From: Promethearchaeota archaeon
GTDB lineage: Archaea; Asgardarchaeota; Lokiarchaeia; Sigyniarchaeales; SOKP01
Direction: 5' to 3'
Assembly (NCBI GenBank): GCA_048939995.1
Contig: JBHLOY010000009.1
Span: forward strand, 100,854-164,853
DNA length: 64,000 nt
Below the pieces are notes generated by a model. It was not told the DNA's origin. It made no database searches and worked only from the letters and a program-made list of their open reading frames with translations. Each line of letters opens with the position of its first letter. Positions within the stretch are counted from its first letter, which is position 1. Shown here in pieces: positions 38,629-47,958 of the stretch. Position numbers and translations under genes: made by a program.

Positions 38629-39762
38629 ATGAAAGCTTTAGAATTGTTATCAGATTTTTCATTAATTCTTAGAGAAAAGAAAGAAGAAGGGAGGAAAATT
38701 ATTGGCTTTATCTCTCACGATAATATTCCCGAGGAATTACTTGATGCTGCTGGATTTTTTCCTTTTCGGTTGATGTTTGGTGGTAATGATGATCTGATGA
38801 ATGCTAGTCATGATTACTTACCACCATCTACTTGTGCATTTGCCCAATCATCTATCGGGTTATTTTCATTGAAACCAAATTTCTTTCAGTTCTTAGATTT
38901 GTTAGATTATTTTATTGTATCGAATCATTGTGTATCTGATATTTGTGCCTCAGAAATCATTTCTAAGTATTTTAATATTCCTCGTTTAACATTCTATACA
39001 TCTTATACAAAAAATGAGAATAGTCTGAAATACTTAAGAATTGAGTTAGAAAATCTCAAGATTCAATTAGAAGAACTTATTGGACATGAAATTAAGGATG
39101 AGGACATAAGAACAAGTATCAAAAAGTATAATGAGTTTAAGAAAATGCTTGTCGAGTTGAATTATTTAACTTTAAAGGGTTCAGTAAAATTAAGTTTATT
39201 TCAAAAAGCTCTTTTATTCGGTCCAGATTTTATGTCTGAATTAGAAAAAATAATTCACCAGTATAAAGAAAACCATCAAAATTTTGACAGTAGTTCAAAA
39301 GACCTCATACTTTCGGGTTGTTCAATTTTTATTAATGATTACTTAATAGATCTAATAGAGGAAGGAGGAGGAAATATTGTTTTTTATGATACATGGATAG
39401 GTAATGATTATTTACAAATTATAAGTGATGAACTTATTGAAAAGGAAAAAGATCCTTTAAACTTATTCATTCAACGATTTAAAGATAATATCTATGGAGA
39501 TCATTCAGTTCCAAATTTTTTAGAAAATAAAATTGCACTTATTTTAGAGACATATAAGAAATATAAAGAAAAAACTGGCAAAAAATTAGCGGTTATTAAT
39601 CATATAATTAAGTTTTGTGATCATTTTTCCATTATGTCTTCCTTTTTTAAAAATGAATTGCAGAAAAAAGGGTTATCTGTGTTGAATCTAGAGAGAGATT
39701 ATTCAAAAGCAAATAGAGGGCAGCTATCTACCCGAATTGAAGCATTCTTAGAGATGATCTAA
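38629..39762 (+). CDS. 2-hydroxyacyl-CoA dehydratase family subunit (HgdB/FldC/BcrC-like)
   Basis: PEELLDAAG, STCAF, NHCVSD, KFCDH, GQLSTRIEAFLEMI. Confidence 0.9.
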   Translation: MKALELLSDFSLILREKKEEGRKIIGFISHDNIPEELLDAAGFFPFRLMFGGNDDLMNASHDYLPPSTCAFAQSSIGLFSLKPNFFQFLDLLDYFIVSNHCVSDICASEIISKYFNIPRLTFYTSYTKNENSLKYLRIELENLKIQLEELIGHEIKDEDIRTSIKKYNEFKKMLVELNYLTLKGSVKLSLFQKALLFGPDFMSELEKIIHQYKENHQNFDSSSKDLILSGCSIFINDYLIDLIEEGGGNIVFYDTWIGNDYLQIISDELIEKEKDPLNLFIQRFKDNIYGDHSVPNFLENKIALILETYKKYKEKTGKKLAVINHIIKFCDHFSIMSSFFKNELQKKGLSVLNLERDYSKANRGQLSTRIEAFLEMI

Positions 39763-39764
39763 AA

Positions 39765-41120
39765 ATGAGCTTGATGGCGGACGAATTAATTAGGTTCTCT
39801 TCTGTTCTAAGAATTGCTTATAATTTTTTAGGAGGTAGAGACTATTTAAAAAGAAAAAAATTTCGAGAACACAAAAAATTAATATCGGTTGCCCTTCCAT
39901 TTTCAGATTTGGTATTTGCCGCAGGAGCAGTGCCAGTATTTCCTATAAGAATGCAGATTTTTGAAATTAATAAATATTTAAGATATCTAGGCTCTGCTTC
40001 CAACATACTTGGCTGGAACCGAGTATCTGATTTTTTAGGTTTTATAAAAAATCTCGGTATAGGAGAAGTTAGTAAGTTAATAGATGATATCATTGATGAG
40101 GTAATTGATACAATAAATAAAAAGTACAACGAGATGTATGATTTAGGAATTGAAAGTGGCATTCCAACTGATTTTTGTTATGGAATAAAAAGTTTATACG
40201 GTATGCATGTTAGCAAAATTAAAAATGTAGAGGCCACTATAAATTATACAATTCGATGCAGTGCATGGAATAAATATTTAGAATCTTTAAAAACTATTCC
40301 AGAGTCCACTGAACAAATCTGGGTTGATATACCACCCAGAAATATAGGAAATTCGTTAGATCTTTTAACGGATAATCTTTCTAGGGCAATAGTTAAATTA
40401 GAAAAAATAACAGGAAATTCCGTATCTGATAATGATTTGAGACGGCATTTTAAAACTGTGAATCAAATAAAACGCTCTTACAAAACAATTTTACATGAAA
40501 TTAGCACTTCTAATTTCTATCCATGCAATCCTGCTACTTTTAGTGAAATTTTAGCGTTATTAAATATCACCTTTCAAGATTATAATTCTGATGCCAAAAG
40601 GTATGCAGAGAATTTAAATTCATTAGTAAATGAAATGCGGGAAAGAATAAGAAAGGGAATTGGGATGGATGTTTCAAAAATGCCTAAAATTTTGGTTACT
40701 CCTATGTTTGGAGGTTGGCCTCCCGAGTCACATGAGATTATATATGAATTAGGTGGAAGGGCGATTTATGCTGATTGGGAGATGTTACAATTTTTCAAAG
40801 AAATTGATACTTCACCTCATTCAAATCCAGTCGAGAATTATGCTCAATTTTTAATGAATGCCACAGAGAATGGAGTTGGTTGTGATAATGATAAGTTAAC
40901 AGACTCCTATATAAGAATTGCAAAAGATCTTAGCGTAGATGGTCTTGTGTTTATTCAATTATTTGGTTGTCATTCAGTTTCAAACTGTTATGCAATGCTT
41001 AGAGAAAAAATCCGTCGTGATCTAGAAATTCCTTCAATAGCTTTAACTTTTAATAAGATTGGTGAAAATGTTGAACAAGTAAAGACACGTCTGGGCGCTT
41101 TTATGGAGATGTTTAATTGA
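39765..41120 (+). CDS. 2-hydroxyacyl-CoA dehydratase family subunit (HgdA/FldB/BcrB-like)
   Basis: DFCYG, IRCSAW, VDIP, LEKITG, VDGLVFIQLFGCHS, QVKTRLGAFMEMF. Confidence 0.87.
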   Translation: MSLMADELIRFSSVLRIAYNFLGGRDYLKRKKFREHKKLISVALPFSDLVFAAGAVPVFPIRMQIFEINKYLRYLGSASNILGWNRVSDFLGFIKNLGIGEVSKLIDDIIDEVIDTINKKYNEMYDLGIESGIPTDFCYGIKSLYGMHVSKIKNVEATINYTIRCSAWNKYLESLKTIPESTEQIWVDIPPRNIGNSLDLLTDNLSRAIVKLEKITGNSVSDNDLRRHFKTVNQIKRSYKTILHEISTSNFYPCNPATFSEILALLNITFQDYNSDAKRYAENLNSLVNEMRERIRKGIGMDVSKMPKILVTPMFGGWPPESHEIIYELGGRAIYADWEMLQFFKEIDTSPHSNPVENYAQFLMNATENGVGCDNDKLTDSYIRIAKDLSVDGLVFIQLFGCHSVSNCYAMLREKIRRDLEIPSIALTFNKIGENVEQVKTRLGAFMEMFN

Positions 41121-41146
41121 AAATATAATAACAATTTGGGTTTCTT

Positions 41147-41848
41147 ATGAGTCACAATCAAATTCTTCTTATCGATAACTATCCTCGAGGATCTCAAACC
41201 GATCGAATATTAAGAATACAAGAGATTGTAAATGGTTTGAGAAGTCAAATTAAACAAAAAACAATTCACTATTCCCAACTAAAATATGAATTAATGGAAA
41301 ACATAAAGGGAATTATAATTTCAGGTTCAAGCCTTAATGTATCTAGTTTTTATTATAATGATAAATTAAAGGAGAAATTTTCACCTCAAATTAAGTTAAT
41401 TAAACAAATAAAAGAAATACCAATCCTTGCAATATGTTTTGGACATCATTTGGTTTCCTACTCTTATGGAGCACAAATATCTAGGATGAAAACTCCAGAT
41501 ACAGGAGGAAAGGTAATTTTCTTAAAGTTTTCCAAAACGGATAGCTTAATAAAAAAGAAAAATATTCCCGTAGATATCCATCATCGCGATTTTATATCTC
41601 CTAATGACTCTGAAATTCAAAAAAATTTTGAGATTAAGGCTAAATCAACTACTTTAGGTTATAACATAATCCAATATATGCAACATATTGAAAAACCCCT
41701 CTTTTCTTTACAATTTCATCCCGAAACACATAAATCATACTCATTCTCAAGCATGCACTTTAGTGAAAAAATTTTATCAATAACTAGACAGATCGGAAGA
41801 GATATCATTGAAAATTTTGTATGGTTTTGCATCAATAAAACTGGATAA
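41147..41848 (+). CDS. Class I glutamine amidotransferase domain protein
   Basis: LLIDNY, GIIISGS, PILAICFGHH (catalytic Cys), SLQFHPE (His-Glu). Confidence 0.87.
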   Translation: MSHNQILLIDNYPRGSQTDRILRIQEIVNGLRSQIKQKTIHYSQLKYELMENIKGIIISGSSLNVSSFYYNDKLKEKFSPQIKLIKQIKEIPILAICFGHHLVSYSYGAQISRMKTPDTGGKVIFLKFSKTDSLIKKKNIPVDIHHRDFISPNDSEIQKNFEIKAKSTTLGYNIIQYMQHIEKPLFSLQFHPETHKSYSFSSMHFSEKILSITRQIGRDIIENFVWFCINKTG

Positions 41849-41898
41849 AACAACGTTAAGATAGAGTATGAGCATTTATAAAGATTTTTTAGTTAAAT

Positions 41899-42513
41899 TT
41901 AATAGCCGTTAGAGAGTTCCATTTGATTCTTCATGAATTGCAAGGAACTTACAATATCATCTTCCCCAATGAAACCTATTATTTGATTCGTTGTTTCATC
42001 TTCAACTGCTATTAAATGAAGACGATTTTTCATTTTAATCAATTGGTTTATCACTTCTTTTCCATTAGCACCAGAGTTGATAATAGGAAAATGGTTAATC
42101 TTTTTCATTAGATATCCAACAATTATGTCATTTCTTTGGTTAATTGGAACTCGCTTAACATCTTCGATATGAATGACCCCCACCACCTCTCCAGCTTTAA
42201 TAACTGGAAAATAGGTTTTTTTATAGAGCATAAAAAAATTACTAATTACCTCGCTTAAAATAGTATTAAATGGGACTGCTACCTCAGATATGGTTAAAAA
42301 TTCTCTAGCACTTAATTTTGAGAGAGCAATCTCATTAAAAGTTTGAAGATACGCATGTCTTGATTGGTTGTTAAGAAATGAGGCAATAATGATTAATCAT
42401 AGACCATTGAAAAAACTAAATAATAACATTAAAACAAATCCAAGACCCATTAAACTATAGGCCAAATATGACCCTATTCTTGCAGCAGTTTTAGTTGCAG
42501 ATAAAAAATTAAA
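41899..42513 (-). pseudogene. Remnant of a site-2 protease (M50) with CBS domains
   Basis: Upstream of the tracked CBS ORF the same frame reads FLSATKTAARIGSYLAYSLMGLGFVLMLLFSFFNGL*LIIIASFLNNQS. TGA at 42397-42399 falls where M50-CBS proteins have the W of GLWL. The HExxH N-terminal half and a start codon are missing. Confidence 0.75.
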
Positions 42514-42636
42514 TTAAAAATTCTTATTGAACCATTTGATATTACAAAATACGTATATTTAGCTAATATTGAGATTTAAAGTCTAAATTTTAAGAATTTT
42601 AAAAAATAAAAAATAAGAAAGTTATTAAAAATTTGA

Positions 42637-43113
42637 TTATCTTACAATTAAAACATCACAATCTATATGCCTTAATACTTTCTCTGTTACTGAGCCTAAG
42701 AGGATTTCCCCAATTAAAGTATGTTTTCCTTTGCTCCCTAATATAATTAGATCCACCTCACCTTGTTTTACCAGCTCTCTGATATAAGATACAGGATCAT
42801 ATTCGGGTTCTAATCGGGCATCAACTTGTATTCCTGCTTCCATAAAAATTTCTTCAGCTCGATTAATAATTGATTTCGCATTTTTTTCATATACTTCTCT
42901 GATTCTTTTTAAATCTGGATCTGCAACACTAAATACATGAGGAATTGCAAATGAAGGTGCCATAACCATATCACTCCCTGGAATTGCATGATGTTCTACT
43001 GAATGAAAAACAATCACCTTACATTTATATAATTTGTGAAGTTCTATTGCTTTCATCATAGCTTTATATGAATGCTCTGATCCATCAATACCAACCAATA
43101 TTGCCTTATAAAT
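42637..43113 (-). CDS. Universal stress protein (USP), probable ATT start
   Basis: (M)YKAILVGIDGSEHSYKA...VDLIILGSKG...LLGSVTEKVLRHIDCDVLIVR; GGTGA lies 6 nt before ATT at 43113. Confidence 0.9.
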   Translation of the reverse strand: MYKAILVGIDGSEHSYKAMMKAIELHKLYKCKVIVFHSVEHHAIPGSDMVMAPSFAIPHVFSVADPDLKRIREVYEKNAKSIINRAEEIFMEAGIQVDARLEPEYDPVSYIRELVKQGEVDLIILGSKGKHTLIGEILLGSVTEKVLRHIDCDVLIVR

Positions 43114-43371
43114 AACAATTCACCATATTAATCATTAATAAATAAATTTCTAGACTTTATAAAAAGATAATCTCTAGGATTTATTTGGTAAATTTCTATA
43201 AGTAATTTTATTAATGTTTATGAAGATAAAACCTTAAAAGGTTTTTTTCAATTTGATTAAAACGATAAATAGACTAATTTTCTGAATAGAGTATATTTGT
43301 TTCATTTATAATTTTAAATAGGCAATAATAAATAACTTTCTAATATATTCAACTTTGATTTTTAAGGAAAA

Positions 43372-44037
43372 ATGATTTTTATGAAAAGAATTGAAAATAT
43401 TGAAAAGTTAGCTCAGCATAATCAAAATCTAGCTAATCATGAAAGTGAACTTGCTAAAAAGGAAAAGCACCTTGCAAAAAAATTGAAACTAAGGACAAAG
43501 GCAAGAAAGATTTTGATTAAAAAAGAATTAGAAATAGCCGAAATCCGAAAATCATTGGCTAAAAAAAATCAAGAACTTGTAAATAAAAAGTTGGAAATTA
43601 GCCAAGAGAATATTATAAATTTCCCAGAGAAATTATTGAAACACGAAAAAGATTATACTTTATTTAATGAAAAATTAGCTGAAAATTTAATTGATTTAAG
43701 CAAGTTATCTCTTAAAGTTACAGATCTGGAAGAAGTAATCGCAAATAAAAAAGAAAAGTTAGCTGAAAATAATTTAAAAATAGCAAAAATTCGCAATATT
43801 TTAGCAAAACAACAATATAAATACGCTCAAGCCCTTAAATCGCATCCAAATAATCAGGAAATAGTTAAAATGGAGATGGACTATTTAAATACAGAGAAAG
43901 ATCTAAAAAAAATATATAATGATAGAGAAAGAGATACTAAAGATTTAATTAAGAAGAAAGAAGAGTTGACTGACTTAAGCAAGAAAATCTCATTAAATTT
44001 AGCTGAACGTGAAAATATTAGGCTTCATGATATTTGA
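43372..44037 (+). CDS. Lys/Glu-rich coiled-coil hypothetical protein with internal duplication
   Basis: 221 aa, all-helical; LEIAEIRKSLAKK / LKIAKIRNILAKQ and KHEKDY / KMEMDY recur about 85-90 aa apart. Confidence 0.7.
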   Translation: MIFMKRIENIEKLAQHNQNLANHESELAKKEKHLAKKLKLRTKARKILIKKELEIAEIRKSLAKKNQELVNKKLEISQENIINFPEKLLKHEKDYTLFNEKLAENLIDLSKLSLKVTDLEEVIANKKEKLAENNLKIAKIRNILAKQQYKYAQALKSHPNNQEIVKMEMDYLNTEKDLKKIYNDRERDTKDLIKKKEELTDLSKKISLNLAERENIRLHDI

Positions 44038-44339
44038 AGCTCATTAGATAATTTCTCAAGGTTTTTATGAAGAAAAGGAATAAAAGAAATCACCTATTTT
44101 TATTTTAATTTTTTTCTTTTCTTAATTACTCTTATTCTGTGAAGAAGTTGTTACAAGGTTCTGTAATTTAAATCATTTATTAATTTTAGATGATCTTTCA
44201 AGAAGATTCCAGTGAATAACGAGTTATAGTACAATTTCAAAAAAAGCTCTCGCAAATTTTAATACAAAATCATGATTACTTTTAAATTATAGTAATTGAA
44301 AAGTTGAAGGCTTTATAATCTCTAAGGAGTATTTGGAAA

Positions 44340-45698
44340 ATGAGCATTTACGCGGAAGATGTTCTTAGTTTTACTTCAGTTTTAAAAATGTCCTATAATT
44401 TCTTATCTGGAAGAGATTACCTAAGAAAGAGAAAGACACGAGAAAGAAAGAAAATAATCTCTGTTGCATTAGGTTTTCCTGATTTAGTGTTTGCAGCTAA
44501 TGCAATCCCAGTTTTTCCAATTAGGATGGAATCATTCAAAATAAACACCCTTTTAATAGCGTTAAATTCTGCAACAAGTGTTTTAGGTTGGGATTTAACT
44601 TCAAAAGTTCTGGATATTGCCAAAAAATTTGATATTTTAAAAGTCGTGGATAAAATCTTGGATGAAGTAATTAACTCTGTAAATGAAAAATATAACCAAA
44701 TGTATGATTTAGGTTCTGAAAATGGAATTCCATCAGATTTATGTTATGGTGTCAATGCACTTTATGGAATGCATAAATCAGTGGGAACTCAGATTGATGG
44801 AAATTTGAATTTTGCAATGAGATGTGGAGAATGGAATAAATATTCTGAATCTTTAAAATCATTAGTACCAAATCAGGTTTGGGTTGATTTGCCTCAAAAG
44901 GGTAAAGATGTGGAGGATGAAAAGAATGCAGTACAAATAATGAAAAGTAATATCCAAAATGCTGTTAAGGAATTAGAAAATATTACTGGTAATTATGTCT
45001 CTGATGAGAGTCTTAGAAAGCAATTTAGAATAGGAAATCAAGTCAAAAGGTTCTATAAGACAATATTATATGAAATTTGCCCCGGTAATTTCTACCCATG
45101 TAATCCTGCAGTTTTCTCAGAGATTTTAGCTCTACTTACAATATCATTTCAAGACTATAATTCTAATGCTCAGAGATATCTTGAGAATTTAAGTCAATTA
45201 GTTAAAGAAATGAGAGAAAGAGTAAAGAAGGGTATAGGTATGGAGGTTTCGAATAGACCTCGTTTACTTTTTTCTCCAATGTTCACTGGTTGGGAACCGG
45301 AAATCCATGAGATTGTATCTGAATTAGGCGGAAGATTAATTTATGCAGATTGGGAACTCTTAGGATTACTTGAAGAAATACCTGTATCTAATAATTCTGA
45401 TCCTATAGAAGATTATGCTAAATTTCTCTTAAAAGCATCTAATGAAGGAATAGGCTGCAATATTGACAATTTAAAGAGGTCTTACTTTAAAATTGCTAAA
45501 GAAATGCAAATTGATGGGTTAATTTTCAATCAAGCTTTTGGATGTCCTTCTATCTCCAACATTTATGACAGTCTTAAAGAAGAGATAAAGGAAGATCTTA
45601 GTATTCCTGCAATCGGAATTACATTCCGAAAAATTGGGGATAATGTAGAAGAAGTAAAAAATCGCTTAAAATCTTTTATGGATATGTTTAATCAATAA
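44340..45698 (+). CDS. 2-hydroxyacyl-CoA dehydratase family subunit, close paralog of 39765-41120
   Basis: Collinear with 39765-41120 (YNFL.GRDYL, PVFPIRM, NFYPCNPA.FSEILALL); Cys motifs LCYG, MRCGEW, AFGCPS. Confidence 0.87.
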   Translation: MSIYAEDVLSFTSVLKMSYNFLSGRDYLRKRKTRERKKIISVALGFPDLVFAANAIPVFPIRMESFKINTLLIALNSATSVLGWDLTSKVLDIAKKFDILKVVDKILDEVINSVNEKYNQMYDLGSENGIPSDLCYGVNALYGMHKSVGTQIDGNLNFAMRCGEWNKYSESLKSLVPNQVWVDLPQKGKDVEDEKNAVQIMKSNIQNAVKELENITGNYVSDESLRKQFRIGNQVKRFYKTILYEICPGNFYPCNPAVFSEILALLTISFQDYNSNAQRYLENLSQLVKEMRERVKKGIGMEVSNRPRLLFSPMFTGWEPEIHEIVSELGGRLIYADWELLGLLEEIPVSNNSDPIEDYAKFLLKASNEGIGCNIDNLKRSYFKIAKEMQIDGLIFNQAFGCPSISNIYDSLKEEIKEDLSIPAIGITFRKIGDNVEEVKNRLKSFMDMFNQ

Positions 45699-45700
45699 TG

Positions 45701-46264
45701 CTACTTCTTGAATAAATCAGAAGGTTTCATAAGATGGGGTTCTTCTTCATCCTCGTCTTTCTTCTTTTTTGGAGGAACATATCCATATATCTCAGATTCT
45801 TGTGTTGTTGAAACTCCAGATGGAGGAGTTAAATTTATATCAGCTGTGATTTGTTCAGGTTGTTGTCCTACTGAAACTTTAGGGGGATATCCTGCTAGAT
45901 TTGATTGAAATGCAGAGGATTTTAGTACTTTTAATTCGCTTAATACTTTTTCTAAATTCATTGATTGAACACTTTTATTCATAGTATCCATTATTTCTTG
46001 TAAAGATTTAGACGTTTCCCTGAGACCTTTTGGATTAATACCTGTCAATAGTGAATCTAAATTATTATTGATATTCTCATTCAACTCCTTCAACGAATCT
46101 AAAACTGTAGACCAGTGTTTATTCATCTGAGATTCGATCGCATTAATCATTTTGATCGTTTCGTTCATGAAATTAACATGAGCTTCATATCGCTCCTCAT
46201 CTTTGGCTCGTAGATCAGAAATTAACATAATAAGTTTCCTTAAAGCTTCTTTCTCTTCACTCAT
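45701..46264 (-). CDS. Hypothetical protein: helical N-terminus, disordered linker, short C-terminal motif
   Basis: 187-aa ORF ending in YGYVPP-KKKK-DEDEEE-PHLMKPSDLFKK. Confidence 0.7.
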   Translation of the reverse strand: MSEEKEALRKLIMLISDLRAKDEERYEAHVNFMNETIKMINAIESQMNKHWSTVLDSLKELNENINNNLDSLLTGINPKGLRETSKSLQEIMDTMNKSVQSMNLEKVLSELKVLKSSAFQSNLAGYPPKVSVGQQPEQITADINLTPPSGVSTTQESEIYGYVPPKKKKDEDEEEPHLMKPSDLFKK

Positions 46265-46465
46265 TTGTAGAACACAAAATCTTTTCTTTTTTTAATATAG
46301 TAGTGATGATGCTAAAATATATATGTATTTATATTTAAATAAATCTTACATTGTTCTAGCTGATATCTATAAATTTTGTAGAGTAATCTTAAAAAATTGA
46401 AATTATTTTATAAATAAAGCTAAATAAAATATATTCATTATAATTTATTTTAAGTAAGATTTACT

Positions 46466-47950
46466 ATGTCAAATCAAAATATCAATTGGCCAAATCATCC
46501 AAGAATTTTAGAAATAAATACATGGCCATGGTTGCATTCTTTATCGGAAATTCATGGACATAAGATTGATCTAAGCAATATACCTGTTGAACTAATTGAC
46601 CAAGAATTTAAAAATTTTGATTGTGTCTGGTTAATGGGGATATGGGAAAGAAGTCCGAGAGGAAGAGACATTGCACTTCAACAAGAAGGTTTACAAAAGG
46701 AGTTTAAGAAAGCTTTAGATTATTATAATACAGATGATGTTATTGGTTCTCCTTATGCGGTATATTATTACCATGTAGACTCCCATTTAGGGGGCGCCGA
46801 AGCATTAGTTAACTTTCGGAGTCAATTACATGATCATGGTTTACTATTAATGCTGGACTACATTCCTAATCATGTAGCTATAGATCATCTATGGACATTG
46901 GAGAAATCGGATTGCTTTATTAAAGGTACACTTGATGATTTAATGAAAAAACCTTATGAATATTTTTCGGTGGGTAATAGTGTTTATGCACATGGACGTG
47001 ATCCTAACTTTCCCCCTTGGAGTGATACTGTACAAATCAATGCTTTTTCTTCAGATGGTCGTAATAAAGCATTTAATACATTACTCTCAATTGCATCTCA
47101 ATGTGATGCTATACGTTGTGATATGGCAATGTTAATGATTAATGACATTTTTAGCGAAAATTGGGGTGAAAAAGCTGGTAAGCTTCCGGAACGTGAGTTC
47201 TGGGAAGAAATTATATCTAAAGTGAAGGGAAAATACCCTAATATTAAGTTTATAGCAGAAGTATACTGGGATTTAGAATGGAAGCTTCAACAACAAGGTT
47301 TTGATTATTGTTATGATAAAAAGCTTTATGAACGCCTGGCTAATGAAGATGCAATATCAATTAGAGAACATTTACAAGCAGATTGGGAATATCAGAAAAG
47401 ATTATTACGTTTCATTGAAAACCATGATGAGCAGAGAGCTGTTGCTATTTTTGGAGAAGAAGCTTCCATGGCAGCAGCTTTAATTACTCTGACTTTACCT
47501 GGTGCTAGATTAGTTTTTGAAGGTCAAATGCATGGGTTTGAAAAAAAATTACCAATTCAATTAGGCAAATATCCTACTGAGCCAGATAACATTGATATTA
47601 TGTTATTTTATGATATTTTGTTAGAGATTATTCCTGGTAAAGAGTTTAACAATGGAAAGTGGTCGCTATGTAAAGTTAATCAGGTTGATGATAATACCTA
47701 TAATAATATTATTGCCTATCAATGGTTTACAGAAAAAAATAGAATATTAATTGTGGTTAATTATAGTTTAAAGACTTCAAGAGCTCACATTATTTTAGGA
47801 GAGATAGATTACGGTAATGCAAATTGGAGTTTTAATGATCTACTTAACCAAAAAACTTATTCTTATAACGGTCAAGATCTTAAGGATAATGGATTATTTG
47901 TAAGATTAGATGCATGGAAAGGACATTTTTTTCATGTCGAAAAAACTTAG
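46466..47950 (+). CDS. GH13 alpha-amylase family glycosidase
   Basis: GSPYAV, LDYIPNH, IRCDMAM (nucleophile Asp), FIAEVYW (acid/base Glu), FIENHDE. Confidence 0.92.
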   Translation: MSNQNINWPNHPRILEINTWPWLHSLSEIHGHKIDLSNIPVELIDQEFKNFDCVWLMGIWERSPRGRDIALQQEGLQKEFKKALDYYNTDDVIGSPYAVYYYHVDSHLGGAEALVNFRSQLHDHGLLLMLDYIPNHVAIDHLWTLEKSDCFIKGTLDDLMKKPYEYFSVGNSVYAHGRDPNFPPWSDTVQINAFSSDGRNKAFNTLLSIASQCDAIRCDMAMLMINDIFSENWGEKAGKLPEREFWEEIISKVKGKYPNIKFIAEVYWDLEWKLQQQGFDYCYDKKLYERLANEDAISIREHLQADWEYQKRLLRFIENHDEQRAVAIFGEEASMAAALITLTLPGARLVFEGQMHGFEKKLPIQLGKYPTEPDNIDIMLFYDILLEIIPGKEFNNGKWSLCKVNQVDDNTYNNIIAYQWFTEKNRILIVVNYSLKTSRAHIILGEIDYGNANWSFNDLLNQKTYSYNGQDLKDNGLFVRLDAWKGHFFHVEKT

Positions 47951-47958
47951 GCTTCATC

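Noticed and set aside
42397-42399. In-frame TGA as possible selenocysteine or Trp recoding
   Set aside because: It falls at a Trp position in a gene already missing its 5' half. TGA is used as a normal stop elsewhere (e.g. 41120, 44037, 60747) and no SECIS-like element is evident.
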